The notes beneath the pieces were generated by a model, which searched no databases, was not told where the DNA came from, and saw only the letters and a program-made list of their open reading frames with translations. A DNA stretch of 64,000 nt from Eledone cirrhosa (Eukaryota), in assembly GCA_964016885.1 (NCBI GenBank), contig OZ024740.1:348068001-348132000 (forward strand), read 5' to 3'. The position numbers were made by a program, and so were the translations under genes. Position 1 is the first letter of the stretch. Every line of letters starts with the position of its first letter. Shown piece by piece: positions 15,100-28,521 of the stretch.

Positions 15100-15810
15100 T
15101 AAAAAGAGAAGTCACCTCAGTCGACATACCGCGTCAGCAGTGGCGCAAAAGGCTACTATAGCAAACGAGTCCTCTGAGGAAAATGCTTCAAGACTTTCAC
15201 AGACAGCCTTACGTTCAGCAGAATGTAGAGCCGCTGAAAGTTACCAACAGCGCACCGCACGCCTAGCCAAAATGGCTTCATACCAGGCTTCTTCCAGGGC
15301 TTCAGAGAGCCGGGAACAAAGGTGGAAGCGCCTGGCTAGAAACGATGCGACTAATGCTGCTTCCAGGTCTTTGGAACGTTTAAAACAACGGACCGCTCGC
15401 CTTCCTACGAACGCTGCGGCTATGACTACTTCCATGTCCTCTGAAGATGCAGACGGGCGGTCCATTAGCATTGCAAATGTTGCTTCTGCTATTGCTGCCA
15501 GACCTTCCCACCAACCACACGACCAATGTTCTACGTTCAAGCGTAACAGTCGACGGCGAGAAGCTGCACGCGATGTGACGAGCCCCAACACAGCCCTTAC
15601 TGGCACCTACGGGCTTTCAAGTATGAGCAAAACGTTAATTACTCGATGCGCTCTGACATAAATATAGGCGAGATGCGCTTCAATTGCCAATTCTGCAATG
15701 CTACAAAGTGGGCTGGGGAGCCACCTGCAATGTGCTGCTTAAACGGTAAGGTCACCTTGCCCCCTCTTCTGGAACCGCCAGAGCCTTTGAAGGAACTACT
15801 GACTGGTTAT
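15100..15810 (+). pseudogene. Helitron RepHel N-terminus (E/R-rich repeats + Cys cluster)
   Basis: ESSEENASRL/ESREQRWKRL repeats; frameshifted IGEMRFNCQFCNATKWAGEPPAMCCLNGKVTLPPLLEPPEPLKELL. Confidence 0.8.
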
Positions 15811-15849
15811 ACCTCAAGGTGAAAAAAAACAAACCCTGATCCCCCAATA

Positions 15850-17116
15850 AAAAACGCTCCTGGGGTACCGGAAAAACTTTTGTAACGAATTTGATTCTCG
15901 CTAAGATTCGTCAGGAGAAAAAAGTTGCGTTGTCCGTTGCATCGTCCGGGATCGCTGCTACTTTGCTGCCGGGAGGCAGGACAGCACATTCAACCTTTAA
16001 ACTCCCTTTGGATTTAGTAAAAACTGAGACACCAACATGCAATATCAGCAAGAGTTCACACAAAGCTCTGGTACTCAAAAGATGTTGCCTCATTGTTTGG
16101 GATGAGTGCACAATGGCACACAAGGGTTCCCTTGAGGAATCGGACAGGGCCCGGAAAGACATTAGGGATTCTACGGCTCCTATGGGTGGCGTAACCCTTC
16201 TGCTATCAGGGGATTTTCGGAAAACGCTGCCTGTCATCCCCAAATGGACAAGAGCTGATGAAGTGCGTGCCTGTCTTAAGTCGTCCATGTTGTGGCTCCA
16301 GGTGAATAGTTTGTACCTGAGCACAAATATGCGTGCTCATTTGCATGGTGACAACATGTCTGCAGCACAGAACATTTTAGCACTTGGTGAGGGCAAGATC
16401 CCTGAGGATGACAAGGGCGGCATAGCAATCGACACCCTGTGCAACATTGTGAGCAGCCCTTCTGACCTTTGGGAAGCAGTTTTTCCTAATGTCTCATCTA
16501 ACTTTAAAAACCTCCATTGGCTCAGCGAAAAAGCCATCCTTGCTACGAAAAATACCATGGTTAATTTTATTAACGAGCAGCTGATTGAGAAGATTCCCGG
16601 TAAAGAGCACATCTTCAAATCAGACCCCGACGATATCGTTAATTATCCGGTTGAGTTATTAAATCTCCTTGAGCCCCCAGGGCTCCCACCTCACATTATT
16701 AAGCTTAGTGTTGGCTGTCCCATTATGCTAATAAGGAACTTGCGTCAACCAAAGCAGTGCAACGGTACTCGCATGGTCGTCAAGTCACTGACACCCACTT
16801 GATTGAGGCCACCATTGTAACGGGGTGCGGAAGAGGAGAGAATGTTTTCATTCCAAGGCTGAACCTTTTCCCCTCGGCGTCAGATATCCCGTTCGATTTC
16901 CGGCGATCCCAATTCCCGGTGAGACCATTTTTTGCCATGTCCATTAACAAGTCACAAGGGCAAACATTGTCGGTGGCGGGCATCCATTTAGGGGAGCGAT
17001 GCTTCTCCCATGGCCAACTTTATGTTGCCTGTTCCCGCGCAGGGAGCAGGAATGGACTTTTTGCTTACTCTCCTCAAGGGATGACACGCAATATCGTCTA
17101 CAAAGAGGTGCTATAG
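15850..17116 (+). pseudogene. Helitron PIF1-like SF1B helicase domain, frameshifted
   Basis: APG-GTGKTF, VASSGIAATLL, IVWDECTM, SGDFRKTLPV, LIRNL..CNGTR, AMSINKSQGQTL, SHGQLYVACSR; frameshift near 16800. Confidence 0.93.
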
Positions 17117-17429
17117 ATGTTGGTGCAGGTGTTGGAGCTATGCCATCTGGAACACTATTTCATAGTAGGGTGTCCCATGGCGGACAGATCTGACACCCAG
17201 TGGCATCAGGGCCACCATCTTGAAACTTTGGTCTACTAAATTCGCTATTGGAAGATTATTAACCCATCATTGATTGACCAAAATGCTAATTGGTTCGTAA
17301 CTTTTAATAACCGATTCAACTGCTTTATGCACTTAATTGATAAGCTTATTCGCTTTCAAACCACGTTTACATGTATGTAACTTTTCATAGCAAATGAACA
17401 AACCCGAGCAACGCCGGGCTAAACTGCTA

Positions 17430-17486
<57 letters not shown>

Positions 17487-17547
17487 CATATATATAGAGA
17501 GAGAGAGAGATAAATATACACGGGTGTGTATGATTGTGTATAGAAGA

Positions 17548-17889
17548 TTATATTAATAAAAGGAATTCTAACTTTGTCAGATTTACTCGTTTTATTTACA
17601 ATCCTTTAACATTTATAATGGTATTAGAATGAAATAGTATGGTAGAATATTAAATACTAAGTGTTAATTGAACAAGTACTTTCATGCTTTCGCAATCTTC
17701 AGGTTCATATTGTGTGGTGACAGTCAAGTTTGCAATTTTCACAGTTGAAAATTGCAAACTTGACTGTCAATTAACACTTAACATTTAATATTCTACCATA
17801 TTATTTCATTCTAATACCATTATACATTTTAAAGGATTGTAAATAAAACGAGTAAATCATACAAAGTTGGAATTCCTTTTATTAATATA
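17548..17889. mobile_element. Fold-back hammerhead element
   Basis: ~120-bp inverted arms (17548-17670 / 17768-17889) plus a 24-bp inner hairpin at 17718-17769. Confidence 0.75.
17669..17707 (-). ncRNA. Minimal type I hammerhead ribozyme
   Basis: Minus: tgaac CTGAAGA ttgc gaaa gcat GAAA gtac TT gttca; palindromic AAGTACTT. Confidence 0.8.
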
Positions 17890-17975
17890 TATATATACAT
17901 TTATATATATATATATATAATCTATATATATATATACATTTACATATATATATATTTTATATATATATTTATACA

Positions 17976-18095
17976 TCTATATATATAAAACTGAGGATGT
18001 CTGTATGTGTGTGTGTGTATCTGTGAGTTTGAATCCCTAAATCTCGAGAAGTACCCAATCGATTTTTTCAGACTCTACATGTGTATTACTTATGT
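17976..18095 (+). mobile_element. Non-autonomous Helitron-like 5' end fragment
   Basis: A|TCTATATATATAAAACTGAGGATGTCTG; matches ~7640-7760 on minus. Confidence 0.55.
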
Positions 18096-18134
18096 ACTGA
18101 TGAAGGGTGATACCCAGAAACATTAGTGTCTGCA
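18093..18134 (+). ncRNA. Type I hammerhead ribozyme
   Basis: tgta CTGATGA aggg tgata ccca GAAA cattagtg TC tgca. Confidence 0.75.
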
Positions 18135-18268
18135 GTTCTGTCCGCATGCCACACATAAGAGCAAGAATGAAGTGTTCATTCTACTGACATGGCTATAAAA
18201 TTGAGGCTTGTTTGCATAATTGCAAACGAATCGAATGGTATTATTAATATTCGAAAAACTCAGATTAC

Positions 18269-18329
<61 letters not shown>

Positions 18330-18455
18330 ATGTAGGAGGTGTGTTTTATTGTAGTACAATAAAGCAATGCAAATATCGGATAAGTAGCACTCAATAGTTT
18401 ATAGGACTGGAGTATAAATAATATAAAATCAAAAGATGGTTAAAAGAGTTCCATG

Positions 18456-18526
18456 TATTTTATTATGCGCATTTCAAAAACAAATATCATCATGGGATGA
18501 TATTTGCGTTCTCATCAGATAAAATA
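18456..18526 (-). ncRNA. Type I hammerhead ribozyme
   Basis: tattttat CTGATGA gaacgcaaatatcatc..gatgatatttg tt ttt GAAA tgcgca TA ataaaata. Confidence 0.85.
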
Positions 18527-18958
18527 GAAACTACTTTTCGCACATCTTATTAAACGCTTCAATATATAAACCTTAAATAAATAGTATTCTTAATTCCTTT
18601 TTCTTTAATCATAAGCATCACCATTCATAAACCTCATTAAGTTTTAATTTCTTAATTTTTTAAATTATGTATTATCTTACAACGGTTTTTTTTTATTTTT
18701 CTCTGTGAGACAGTGTTTCTCAGTATTAAAGGTTATCTCTCTCTCATCCTTCCTTCTTATACTCCTCCTCCGTCATCCTTTCTTTATTATTATATTTTTT
18801 TTTTCTATCTATATTCTTTCCTCCTCTTCCTTACCTTTTCCTTCCCCCCTTCCTTTCCTTTTTTCTAATCTCATATATCCATCTTATTTTATTTTTCATA
18901 TGTTGATTTAACACTTCACTGGTCACAAGTGTTTTTTAAGCTTCATATCATGTCTCCC

Positions 18959-19029
18959 TATTTTATCTGATGAGAACGCAAATATCATCCCATGATGATA
19001 TTTGCTTTTGAAATGGGATTAATAAAATA
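18959..19029 (+). ncRNA. Type I hammerhead ribozyme (stem III mutated)
   Basis: Mirror copy with GAAA tgggat TA ataaaata. Confidence 0.7.
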
Positions 19030-19055
19030 CATGAAACTCTTTTAACCATCTTTTG

Positions 19056-19107
<52 letters not shown>

Positions 19108-19115
19108 CATATATA

Positions 19116-19443
19116 TAGTGAAAGAGTGAAGAATAACATGGTCGGCTGTACATAAAGGGTTTTATTTACAGTATTAGCAGTCTTTTCATTGATCAGGTGA
19201 GTCTAAAGGCCGCTAATCACTCCAATGATTTGATCAGAGACATATTGTATTTAAGGTCGAGTGATCAGCGGCCTTTAGACTTACCAGATCAATGAAACAA
19301 TTGTTAATACTGTAAATAAAACAGTTTTTGTACAGCCGTCCATGTTATTCTTCCCTCTTTCACTACTATTACTACAAGAATGACCTGCACCTGCATGGGA
19401 ATTCTCGCAAACTCGCTACCTAACTAAGGACAACTTGTTATCC

Positions 19444-19444
<1 letters not shown>
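19116..19444 (+). mobile_element. Fold-back element, partial hammerhead
   Basis: Arms ~19116-19222 / 19259-19366; 3' half GAAA caattg TT followed by AATAAA; 5' core not intact. Confidence 0.6.
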
Positions 19445-19486
<42 letters not shown>

Positions 19487-19540
19487 CGGAGGAAATGTGG
19501 TCGAAACGGCTTGAGCTCAGCCGTCGGGGTCCTACTTGTT

Positions 19541-19604
<64 letters not shown>

Positions 19605-19635
19605 CTGTATATATGTATGTATACATATGTATATA

Positions 19636-19684
<49 letters not shown>

Positions 19685-19799
19685 GTGTGTGGGTGTGTGT
19701 ATGTATGTAAACACGGTCTACGTATGTTTGTGTGTATATGTATCTTATAATATTTCTTTTAAAACCTCTGGATATATGGAAAATTGGTTATACATTATA

Positions 19800-21252
<1,453 letters not shown>

Positions 21253-21275
21253 ATATATATATATATCTATATATA

Positions 21276-21306
<31 letters not shown>

Positions 21307-21613
21307 TGAAACAAAATGAAAACGAAATTTCATTTCTCACTCTTAGTATGGCACTTACTTAAATGTAAGTATGCATGTATACGTACATACATATATGTAT
21401 ACAGACGTACAGTAGCATGCACATATATATATATATATATATACATATATACATACATATGCATACAGGTACACATACATATATGCACGTATCAGTTTAG
21501 CGGCGCTTATTATAAAGTCGCTTTGTTCGTTTGTAAACAAACTGAACAGCCTGAATTTATGCCATACGGTGTTAAGGCAACCACGTCACCTTTTTGTTCA
21601 ACACTGACACAGG

Positions 21614-21658
21614 AACGATGTACTAGTTTCAAGCTTGTTAGCTATCATCAGCACCGTT
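21614..21658 (-). ncRNA. Hammerhead ribozyme, family B
   Basis: aacggtg CTGATGA tagct aaca agctt GAAA ctag TA catcgtt. Confidence 0.88.
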
Positions 21659-21704
21659 TACCCATCTGCCAGATAGTTGAACGTTCGAAAGTATATACTT
21701 TCCT

Positions 21705-21741
21705 TATGAAAATTAACGGCTGAGCAGCCTAATTTGCATAT
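21705..21741 (-). promoter_or_regulatory. Inverted octamer pair, family B
   Basis: Minus: ATGCAAATTAGGCTG ct CAGCCgtTAATTTTCAT; 88 nt before the core. Confidence 0.5.
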
Positions 21742-22087
21742 TGAGTGAGTTAAATCGGTCAGGCATACCGAAAACGATAAATTGAAACAAAATGAAAACG
21801 AAATTTCATTTCTCACTCTTAGTATGGCACTTACTTAAATGTAAGTATGCATGTATACGTACATACATATATGTATACAGACGTACAGTAGCATGCACAT
21901 ATATATATATATATATACATATATACATACATATGCATACAGGTACACATACATATATGCACGTATCAGTTTAGCGGCGCTTATTATAAAGTCGCTTTGT
22001 TCGTTTGTAAACAAACTGAACAGCCTGAATTTATGCCATACGGTGTTAAGGCAACCACGTCACCTTTTTGTTCAACACTGACACAGG

Positions 22088-22132
22088 AACGATGTACTAG
22101 TTTCAAGCTTGTTAGCTATCATCAGCACCGTT
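22088..22132 (-). ncRNA. Hammerhead ribozyme, family B
   Basis: Identical motif, +474. Confidence 0.88.
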
Positions 22133-24577
22133 TACCCATCTGCCAGATAGTTGAACGTTCGAAAGTATATACTTTCCTTATAAAAATTAACGGCTGAGCA
22201 GCCTAATTTGCATATTGAGTGAGTTAAATCGGTCAGGCATACCGAAAACGATAAATTGAAACAAAATGAAAACGAAATTTCATTTCTCTCGCTAAACTGA
22301 TACGTGCATATATGTATGTGTACCTGTATGCATATGTATGTATATATGTATATATATATATATATATGTGCATGCTACTGTACGTCTGTATACATATATG
22401 TATGTACGTATACATGCATACTTATATATATATACTGTTTGCGATCAAATATGATTTGGCTATGCTGGGTATTGGGTTGTTGTGAGAGTGTTAATTTCTA
22501 GAAGGTGTAGAATAAGTAGCTAGAAGCAAATCTAGGCATGTGAGAGGAAATAGAAGCAGTGTGAGAAAATGGAGGAGGAAACGTGAGATTGTCATAAACT
22601 ACCGGTCGCCAACCGGTGGTTCGCGGACTACAGGTGATCCGCAGAAAAAACTTGATGTATTTATCTTTTTTTTTTTAATTCATATTATTGGTCTTTGAGA
22701 TCCGGACATTTGACGACCGCTGACATAAAGGGTTGTATTCAAAAGTTTGAAAAGTTTCTAGATTTAAATCCATAGAAAAATGAGAACACTCATCGATAGA
22801 ACAACTGTTAAAACAGCCAAATGCTGTCAAAGAGATGTGAAGTTCGAAATATAAAAGTACATATACTTTTCTGACTGCGTGCGCATACATGCGTTTAAGA
22901 ATGTGTGTAAATGTATTAGCTGTTTTAAGTACAGTGTTATCTTTATGACCTGAAAGGAAATGAATAGTCATTCCTCTTCTTTTCGATGAAATGTATTCGA
23001 AAGTCTTACTGGTATCAGTTTTGTTGATATAGTGGAAAACATTACACCATAGTTCTTGGCTGTATATTGTTTCTTTTTATGTTGTTTTTGTTCGTATTAT
23101 AGCACCCGAGTAGAATCTTCGTATTTGACTTGTGGATATGTACAATATATAAATAGTAGAAAAAGAAACAACATTTCTCTTTAGAAATAAATACATTCTC
23201 TGTCCATTGATGGGAGAGATTTGATTCATTGATTTTCCGTGCTCGGAATTTTGAAAGAAATGTTGATTAACTTGCAGTAAATCTTACAATAAATATTTAC
23301 CTAACTGTTCGATAGAACAGATTTCAATCAGATATTTTCGTTTAGCAATTACTTTTTTAAATATTTCTTCATTTTCTTTATTACCTACATTTCAATTCGT
23401 ACTGTGTATATGCTAGAATGATTTCTATACCGTGTCGTTTTTGTTACACGAAAGAATAAATCTATAGTTATCTATCTGCCACGATCAAAACATTTTGAAT
23501 GTGTTGTGCTATCATTTATATGGCTAATATTTCTCCTTTCTACTTTGTTTTCATCACATTTCAACTATGAATTCTTGCTAATTAATCTACGCTGAATATT
23601 TATTTATTTCATGCAATTTCTACTTGTGTTTATTGTACAGATAACAATTTCTCCTACATTAACTCCTATTTCAAAGAGTACACTTTACAAAATTTATGAT
23701 AGCCTAGGGATGATTTATATATTTCCAATATTTTGATGATCAGTTCAGCAATATATGTTTATATATACAATTAATGCTACGATCAAATTAAACTTTCAGC
23801 TTTCTCTGATCAAAATTAAAATTTAATTGACAGCGTTATATTGAAATTAAGTATAAAAGCACAACTACAATATTTTATTGGGTATTGAGTTTCATGCATT
23901 CGATTAATCTCTTTTAATATCTGCGTATTCTATAAATATATCTAACACATAATAAAAACATTTTTTCCAAATAATATCTAATTGAAAATATCATGAAGTG
24001 TGACCTAAAACCATGAATGATAACAATGGCCATTTATCTAACTGGCAAACACTCACTTAGCATAACTAAAGAGAAAGCTTCTACGCAGTTACACGATCTC
24101 CAAGAAACACCGACCAAATATTCCTCATACAGATTACATTACATAATATATGAAGAACACACATTAGTTAATGTGATCGTAGATAAACTATACCCAGAAT
24201 ATGACGGTATTCACAGCAGAAATAATTTTGATCATAGTTCTCTGCGCTAAACGTTAAACTTTCACAAACAACAAACTTTCCCACTGAAAGCATCCTGAAC
24301 GTAAAACTTCGACTTAGTAGAATGGTGTACAATGTATTTATTAAAGATCATGGTTCAGATATCATGATGATATCTGATATATTAAATCTGAATTGAGGCA
24401 TTACGATAATATTACCTTCCTTGTTCTTACAACGCAATTACACTAATTCAATATATATGTATATGTGTGTGTGAGAGTGAGTGTGACTGTGTCTATGTGT
24501 GTGCATGTGAGTGAGTGTGAGTGTGTCTATGTGTGTGTGTGCGTGTGTGTGTGCGTGCGCGCGCGCGCGCGCGCGTG

Positions 24578-24785
24578 TGTAATTAGTTACAATAGTGATA
24601 TGTACAGCTACTTAAATTTCGTTGGGTTGTTTAACCTGTCATAAATGGCTGAATGAATTGGACTAAACAACCCAACCAAACCTAACTATCTGTACATGTC
24701 AATGTTGTAACTAATTATACTTACCTCATCCTATGGATTAAGTGCTCAAATCCCTTGGATATTTATACCAAATATTTACTAATGT
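24578..24785 (+). mobile_element. Old fold-back element with hammerhead 3' half
   Basis: Arms ~24578-24635 / 24660-24716; minus caacGAAAtttaagTA; tail AAGTGCTC at ~24740. Confidence 0.55.
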
Positions 24786-24821
<36 letters not shown>

Positions 24822-26351
24822 CAACACACACACATACACACACACACACGCACACGTACATATACGACACAGTTGAAATGTTCAGAAATGTAAGAAATTT
24901 CGAACACTGGGAAACCTAGAAGCCTTAGAAGAGACATGGTAGATATCACCAAGTTTTACTCGATTGCAACTGACGGCCATATCAATAGTTTAATAGTATT
25001 ATCTATATTGATTAATGAAATTAAATCTGGGAGGGATTTATCTTGAGTTTTACGCAGAAATGCGTGTTACTTTGTCTGTAAATGTAAGTAGAAACGATGC
25101 ACGGGCATTTTATTCTATTTATAATTACAGTCGAAATAAGTCAATAAAGAATGTCTATTCAATATTATTATCCTTAACCCATAATAAATATCGTCTGTAT
25201 ATTGAAAGCAGTTTCAGTTAAATAGGCCCATGAAAACTAGACAAAAACTACCTAGAAAAAGCAATAAAATGGACTTTTTTCAACAAAAGTCAACTAAATT
25301 TTGTCAAAGAAAATTGAATAGAATAATTGTTCAAAACCGTACCTATAAGCTGTGAGACATGTGCAGACGCTGAATTTTCTCGTTTCTCTGTGCGATGTGT
25401 TTAAATATGACAAAGCTCAATTTTGCCTATTACAATATAGGTCGATAAATTACCAGTTAAAGAACGATGAGTTTGTGAAATTGTTGATCCGATAGATTGG
25501 ATGTGTTTGTCATGTCTGTTCCTGCCCTTTACGTTCTGAAAACATGGAACATAAGGGTTATCAAAAACGTATCGCCTACACACCCAAATACTAATACAAA
25601 AAGTATATCATAAGTGAAGCTATAATATGAAGAGCGTAGATTGTGAAGAAGATAGTGATCAATTGAAACAAAAAATTGGACTGACAATATTATGGATTGA
25701 CAACAAACTACTCATCGGGCTCTTTCTTATCCATACAGTGAATTGGAAATTAAGAACGGTAGCCACGTTTGAGATACAAGATCCTCTAACTAATTTAATT
25801 GCGTGGCAATTGATAATAGGATGTTTGCCAAATAATATTATTTCAAACAGAAATGATGACTCAAAAATATATATTGTATGTCGATTACTGTATTAAATTA
25901 TTTAATCTCATCGAAACTAAGGTTGACTCTAAATGGAGTCAGTTAGAGATAATCGATATGTTCTTAGAACAGAAACTTTATGAGAAAATAATTCGTGATT
26001 TTATCTCAACGTTCCTAATCCCTAAAAATACAAATATATATATCATGCATATATATATACATATAAGATACAAAGCCTTTTCAGTTTTTGTTTACAAACA
26101 GTGGAGAATTTGAAATTAGATAGTGAAAATAGTGCCACCGTTGTATTATTCACTAAGTAAGTTAGCCTAATAATTTGGAGTTATAAAAACCCACAGAAAT
26201 GGAAAAATGAATGAGTATTAACGTACATGGGACACGAACACACATCTCTGGCTACTATGGCCATTGTGTTACCATTACACTAAATGGTCAGTTGACAAAA
26301 TCTTACGTTCACCTATGTACACAAAAAATAAGCTTAGCACCCACGCACTCA

Positions 26352-26398
<47 letters not shown>

Positions 26399-26465
26399 TA
26401 TATATAATATATATATATATTAATTCAAAATAATTAACAAAAATAGATATTCATGTGATCAAGTA

Positions 26466-26532
26466 TATTTTATTATACATATTTCAGAGGTACTGAGCTA
26501 TCTTCAAAAGTACGTCCTCATCAGATAAAATA
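26466..26532 (-). ncRNA. Type I hammerhead ribozyme
   Basis: Mirror of 26621-26687. Confidence 0.82.
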
Positions 26533-26620
26533 AGATGATGCATGACATACCCTGACTTAGTAGATGGTTAAGATTCACTCATAACTAAATCTTAACTATC
26601 TACTAAGTCAGGCATCATCT

Positions 26621-26687
26621 TATTTTATCTGATGAGGACGTACTGTTGAAGATAGCTCAGTACCTCTGAAATATGTATAATAAAATA
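26621..26687 (+). ncRNA. Type I hammerhead ribozyme
   Basis: tattttat CTGATGA ggacgtactg..cagtacctct GAAA tatgta TA ataaaata. Confidence 0.85.
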
Positions 26688-26822
26688 TACTTGATCACAC
26701 GAATGTCTATTTTTGTTAATATTTTGAATTAATATTAATAACTCCGGAAAACCACAGTTGAGTGCTTCCAATCTATTGTAAAACTCATTCTTTGTTTTAT
26801 TCATTGAACCTTGTTTAACCTT

Positions 26823-26875
<53 letters not shown>

Positions 26876-26934
26876 CTAACAGATCCTTCCTTGATGAAGT
26901 CACTGCAGCATTAGATATATTTAGAATATATCTA

Positions 26935-27640
26935 AGCCTCGAGAGTCAATATGTACAGAAGGGAAGAGAGAGTTCAACGTTGACGGACCGATTACATGAT
27001 CTTCAACAGTCCTGAAGGGTGGTCATTTACTTTGAGAACCGAGCAGATGTCGCTGTGCATTGCAGCAATCTAGTCTCTGAAGATGGGACCGAAGCCAGCT
27101 GCGTTAAGGATAGCCTCCAGATATCGATTGCCGACTCTTTCGAAAGCTTTTGATTTATCTAAATTGATCAGATCCCCACCGAAGCCAGATGAACTGCCTA
27201 TCCTCTCTGTGATGTATCGAATGAAGTGGAGGTTGTCGTGTATGGATCTGGCCGGGATTGCGCAAATATGCACATCCATTATCAAACCCTCGGTGACAAG
27301 CCCCAACCTCATCGCAAAAACCTTGGTCAAAATCTTAAACTTTGTGTTTACCAGATGTATGGGCCTGAAATTGTCTAATGCGTCTCACTTGTTCTCATCT
27401 TTTCTCATCAGCGTTACTGCGGCCCGACTCACAGAACTAGAATATTCCCGTTCTGCTGCCAGTTGCAATAGACCGAGTCGGGGACAACGGAGAACAAGCC
27501 TGACATATCTACGTAAAGTTCGTAGGGCAGACCATCCAAAGCGGGTAAATTGTGCCTCGTGCAGCCGACCAGGGCATCCTCAATCTCGGCTGATGTTATC
27601 CTCTTTCGCAGCACTCAACATCAGCTGGTGAGAGACGCAG
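26935..27640 (-). pseudogene. Non-LTR (L1/Tx1-like) reverse transcriptase fragment
   Basis: ITSAEIEDAL..PALDGLPYELY, NFRPIHLVN..KILTKVFAMRL, RSIHDNL, NLDKSKAFERV; stops and frameshifts. Confidence 0.85.
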
Positions 27641-27834
27641 TAGGACGGTTGTCCCCCTTGCTTCTGCTGGACATCACCAGAGGGCGTTAGCCCCCCTGTG
27701 TTTGCATAGCTACGTTTTCTTAAAACCGTATTTCTTTGGCGATACGAAATTTCTCTACATATTGTATAAAGCTATGCTTGAAGCGAAATCTTATTTCTTT
27801 TCTATTATAAGTTGAGCCAAATTATGCAGCTTCA

Positions 27835-27866
27835 TATGCAAATGAGATTAATCACCTCATTTACAC
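27835..27866 (+). promoter_or_regulatory. Inverted octamer pair, family C
   Basis: ATGCAAATGAG attaatcac CTCATTTACAC; ATGCAAAT at 27836, 99 nt before the core at 27935. Confidence 0.45.
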
Positions 27867-27929
27867 AGACGAGAAAACTATATATTCTCGGCTGTCTTCT
27901 AGTCCAGCAGTCGCAAGTGGTGGGAGGGA

Positions 27930-27971
27930 TCGTCCTGAAGAAAGCCAGTTAAGCCTGAAATGCATAGACGG
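27930..27971 (+). ncRNA. Hammerhead ribozyme, family C
   Basis: tcgtc CTGAAGA aagc cagttaa gcct GAAA tgca TA gacgg; palindromic ATGCAT. Confidence 0.8.
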
Positions 27972-28111
27972 TTGTCCCCTTTGCTTCTGCTGGATATCAC
28001 CAGAGAGCGTTAGCCCCCCCCCCCTGTGTATGCATAGCTACGGCTTCCTAAAACCGTATTTCTTTGGAGATACGAAATTTCTATACATATTGTTTAAAGC
28101 TATTTCTTATA

Positions 28112-28114
28112 AAT

Positions 28115-28153
<39 letters not shown>

Positions 28154-28207
28154 TATATATATATATATATATATATATATCTTATATATATATATATATA
28201 TATATAT

Positions 28208-28271
<64 letters not shown>

Positions 28272-28440
28272 TATATATATATATATATATATATATCTTA
28301 TATATATATATATATATATATATCTTATATATATATATATATATATCTTATATATATATATATATATATATCTTATATATATATATATATATATATCTTA
28401 TATATATATATATATATCTTATATATATATATATATATAT

Positions 28441-28518
<78 letters not shown>
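28112..28518. repeat. Array of TCT(TA)n units
   Basis: About 16 units of TCTTATATA... of variable length. Confidence 0.9.

Positions 28519-28521
<3 letters not shown>

Larger units (their letters stand above)
13228..17430 (+). mobile_element. Helitron, internally deleted, both termini present
   Basis: 5' A|TCTATAAAAGGCAG; 3' CCCGAGCAACGCCGGG hairpin + CTAG|T at 17430; RepHel coding remnants inside. Confidence 0.88.
18330..19063 (-). mobile_element. Fold-back element with a hammerhead in each arm
   Basis: Arms ~18421-18527 / 18958-19063; unpaired tail 18330-18420 with TTGAGTGCT on minus; TA flanks. Confidence 0.8.
21307..22424 (-). mobile_element. Hammerhead tandem array, family B (474-476-nt monomer), with short inverted arm
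   Basis: Two units plus a partial third (21307-22289), then an inverted segment 22290-22424; TA flanks. Confidence 0.9.
26417..26826 (+). mobile_element. Fold-back element with a hammerhead in each arm
   Basis: Arms 26417-26541 / 26612-26735 plus inner hairpin; tail with TTGAGTGCTT at ~26758; TA flanks. Confidence 0.82.

Noticed and set aside
22598-22650. hAT/Charlie-like terminal sequence
   Set aside because: Only one end resembles a TIR; no partner TIR or TSD found.
27083-27631. 182-aa plus-strand ORF
   Set aside because: Antisense shadow of the LINE RT fragment.
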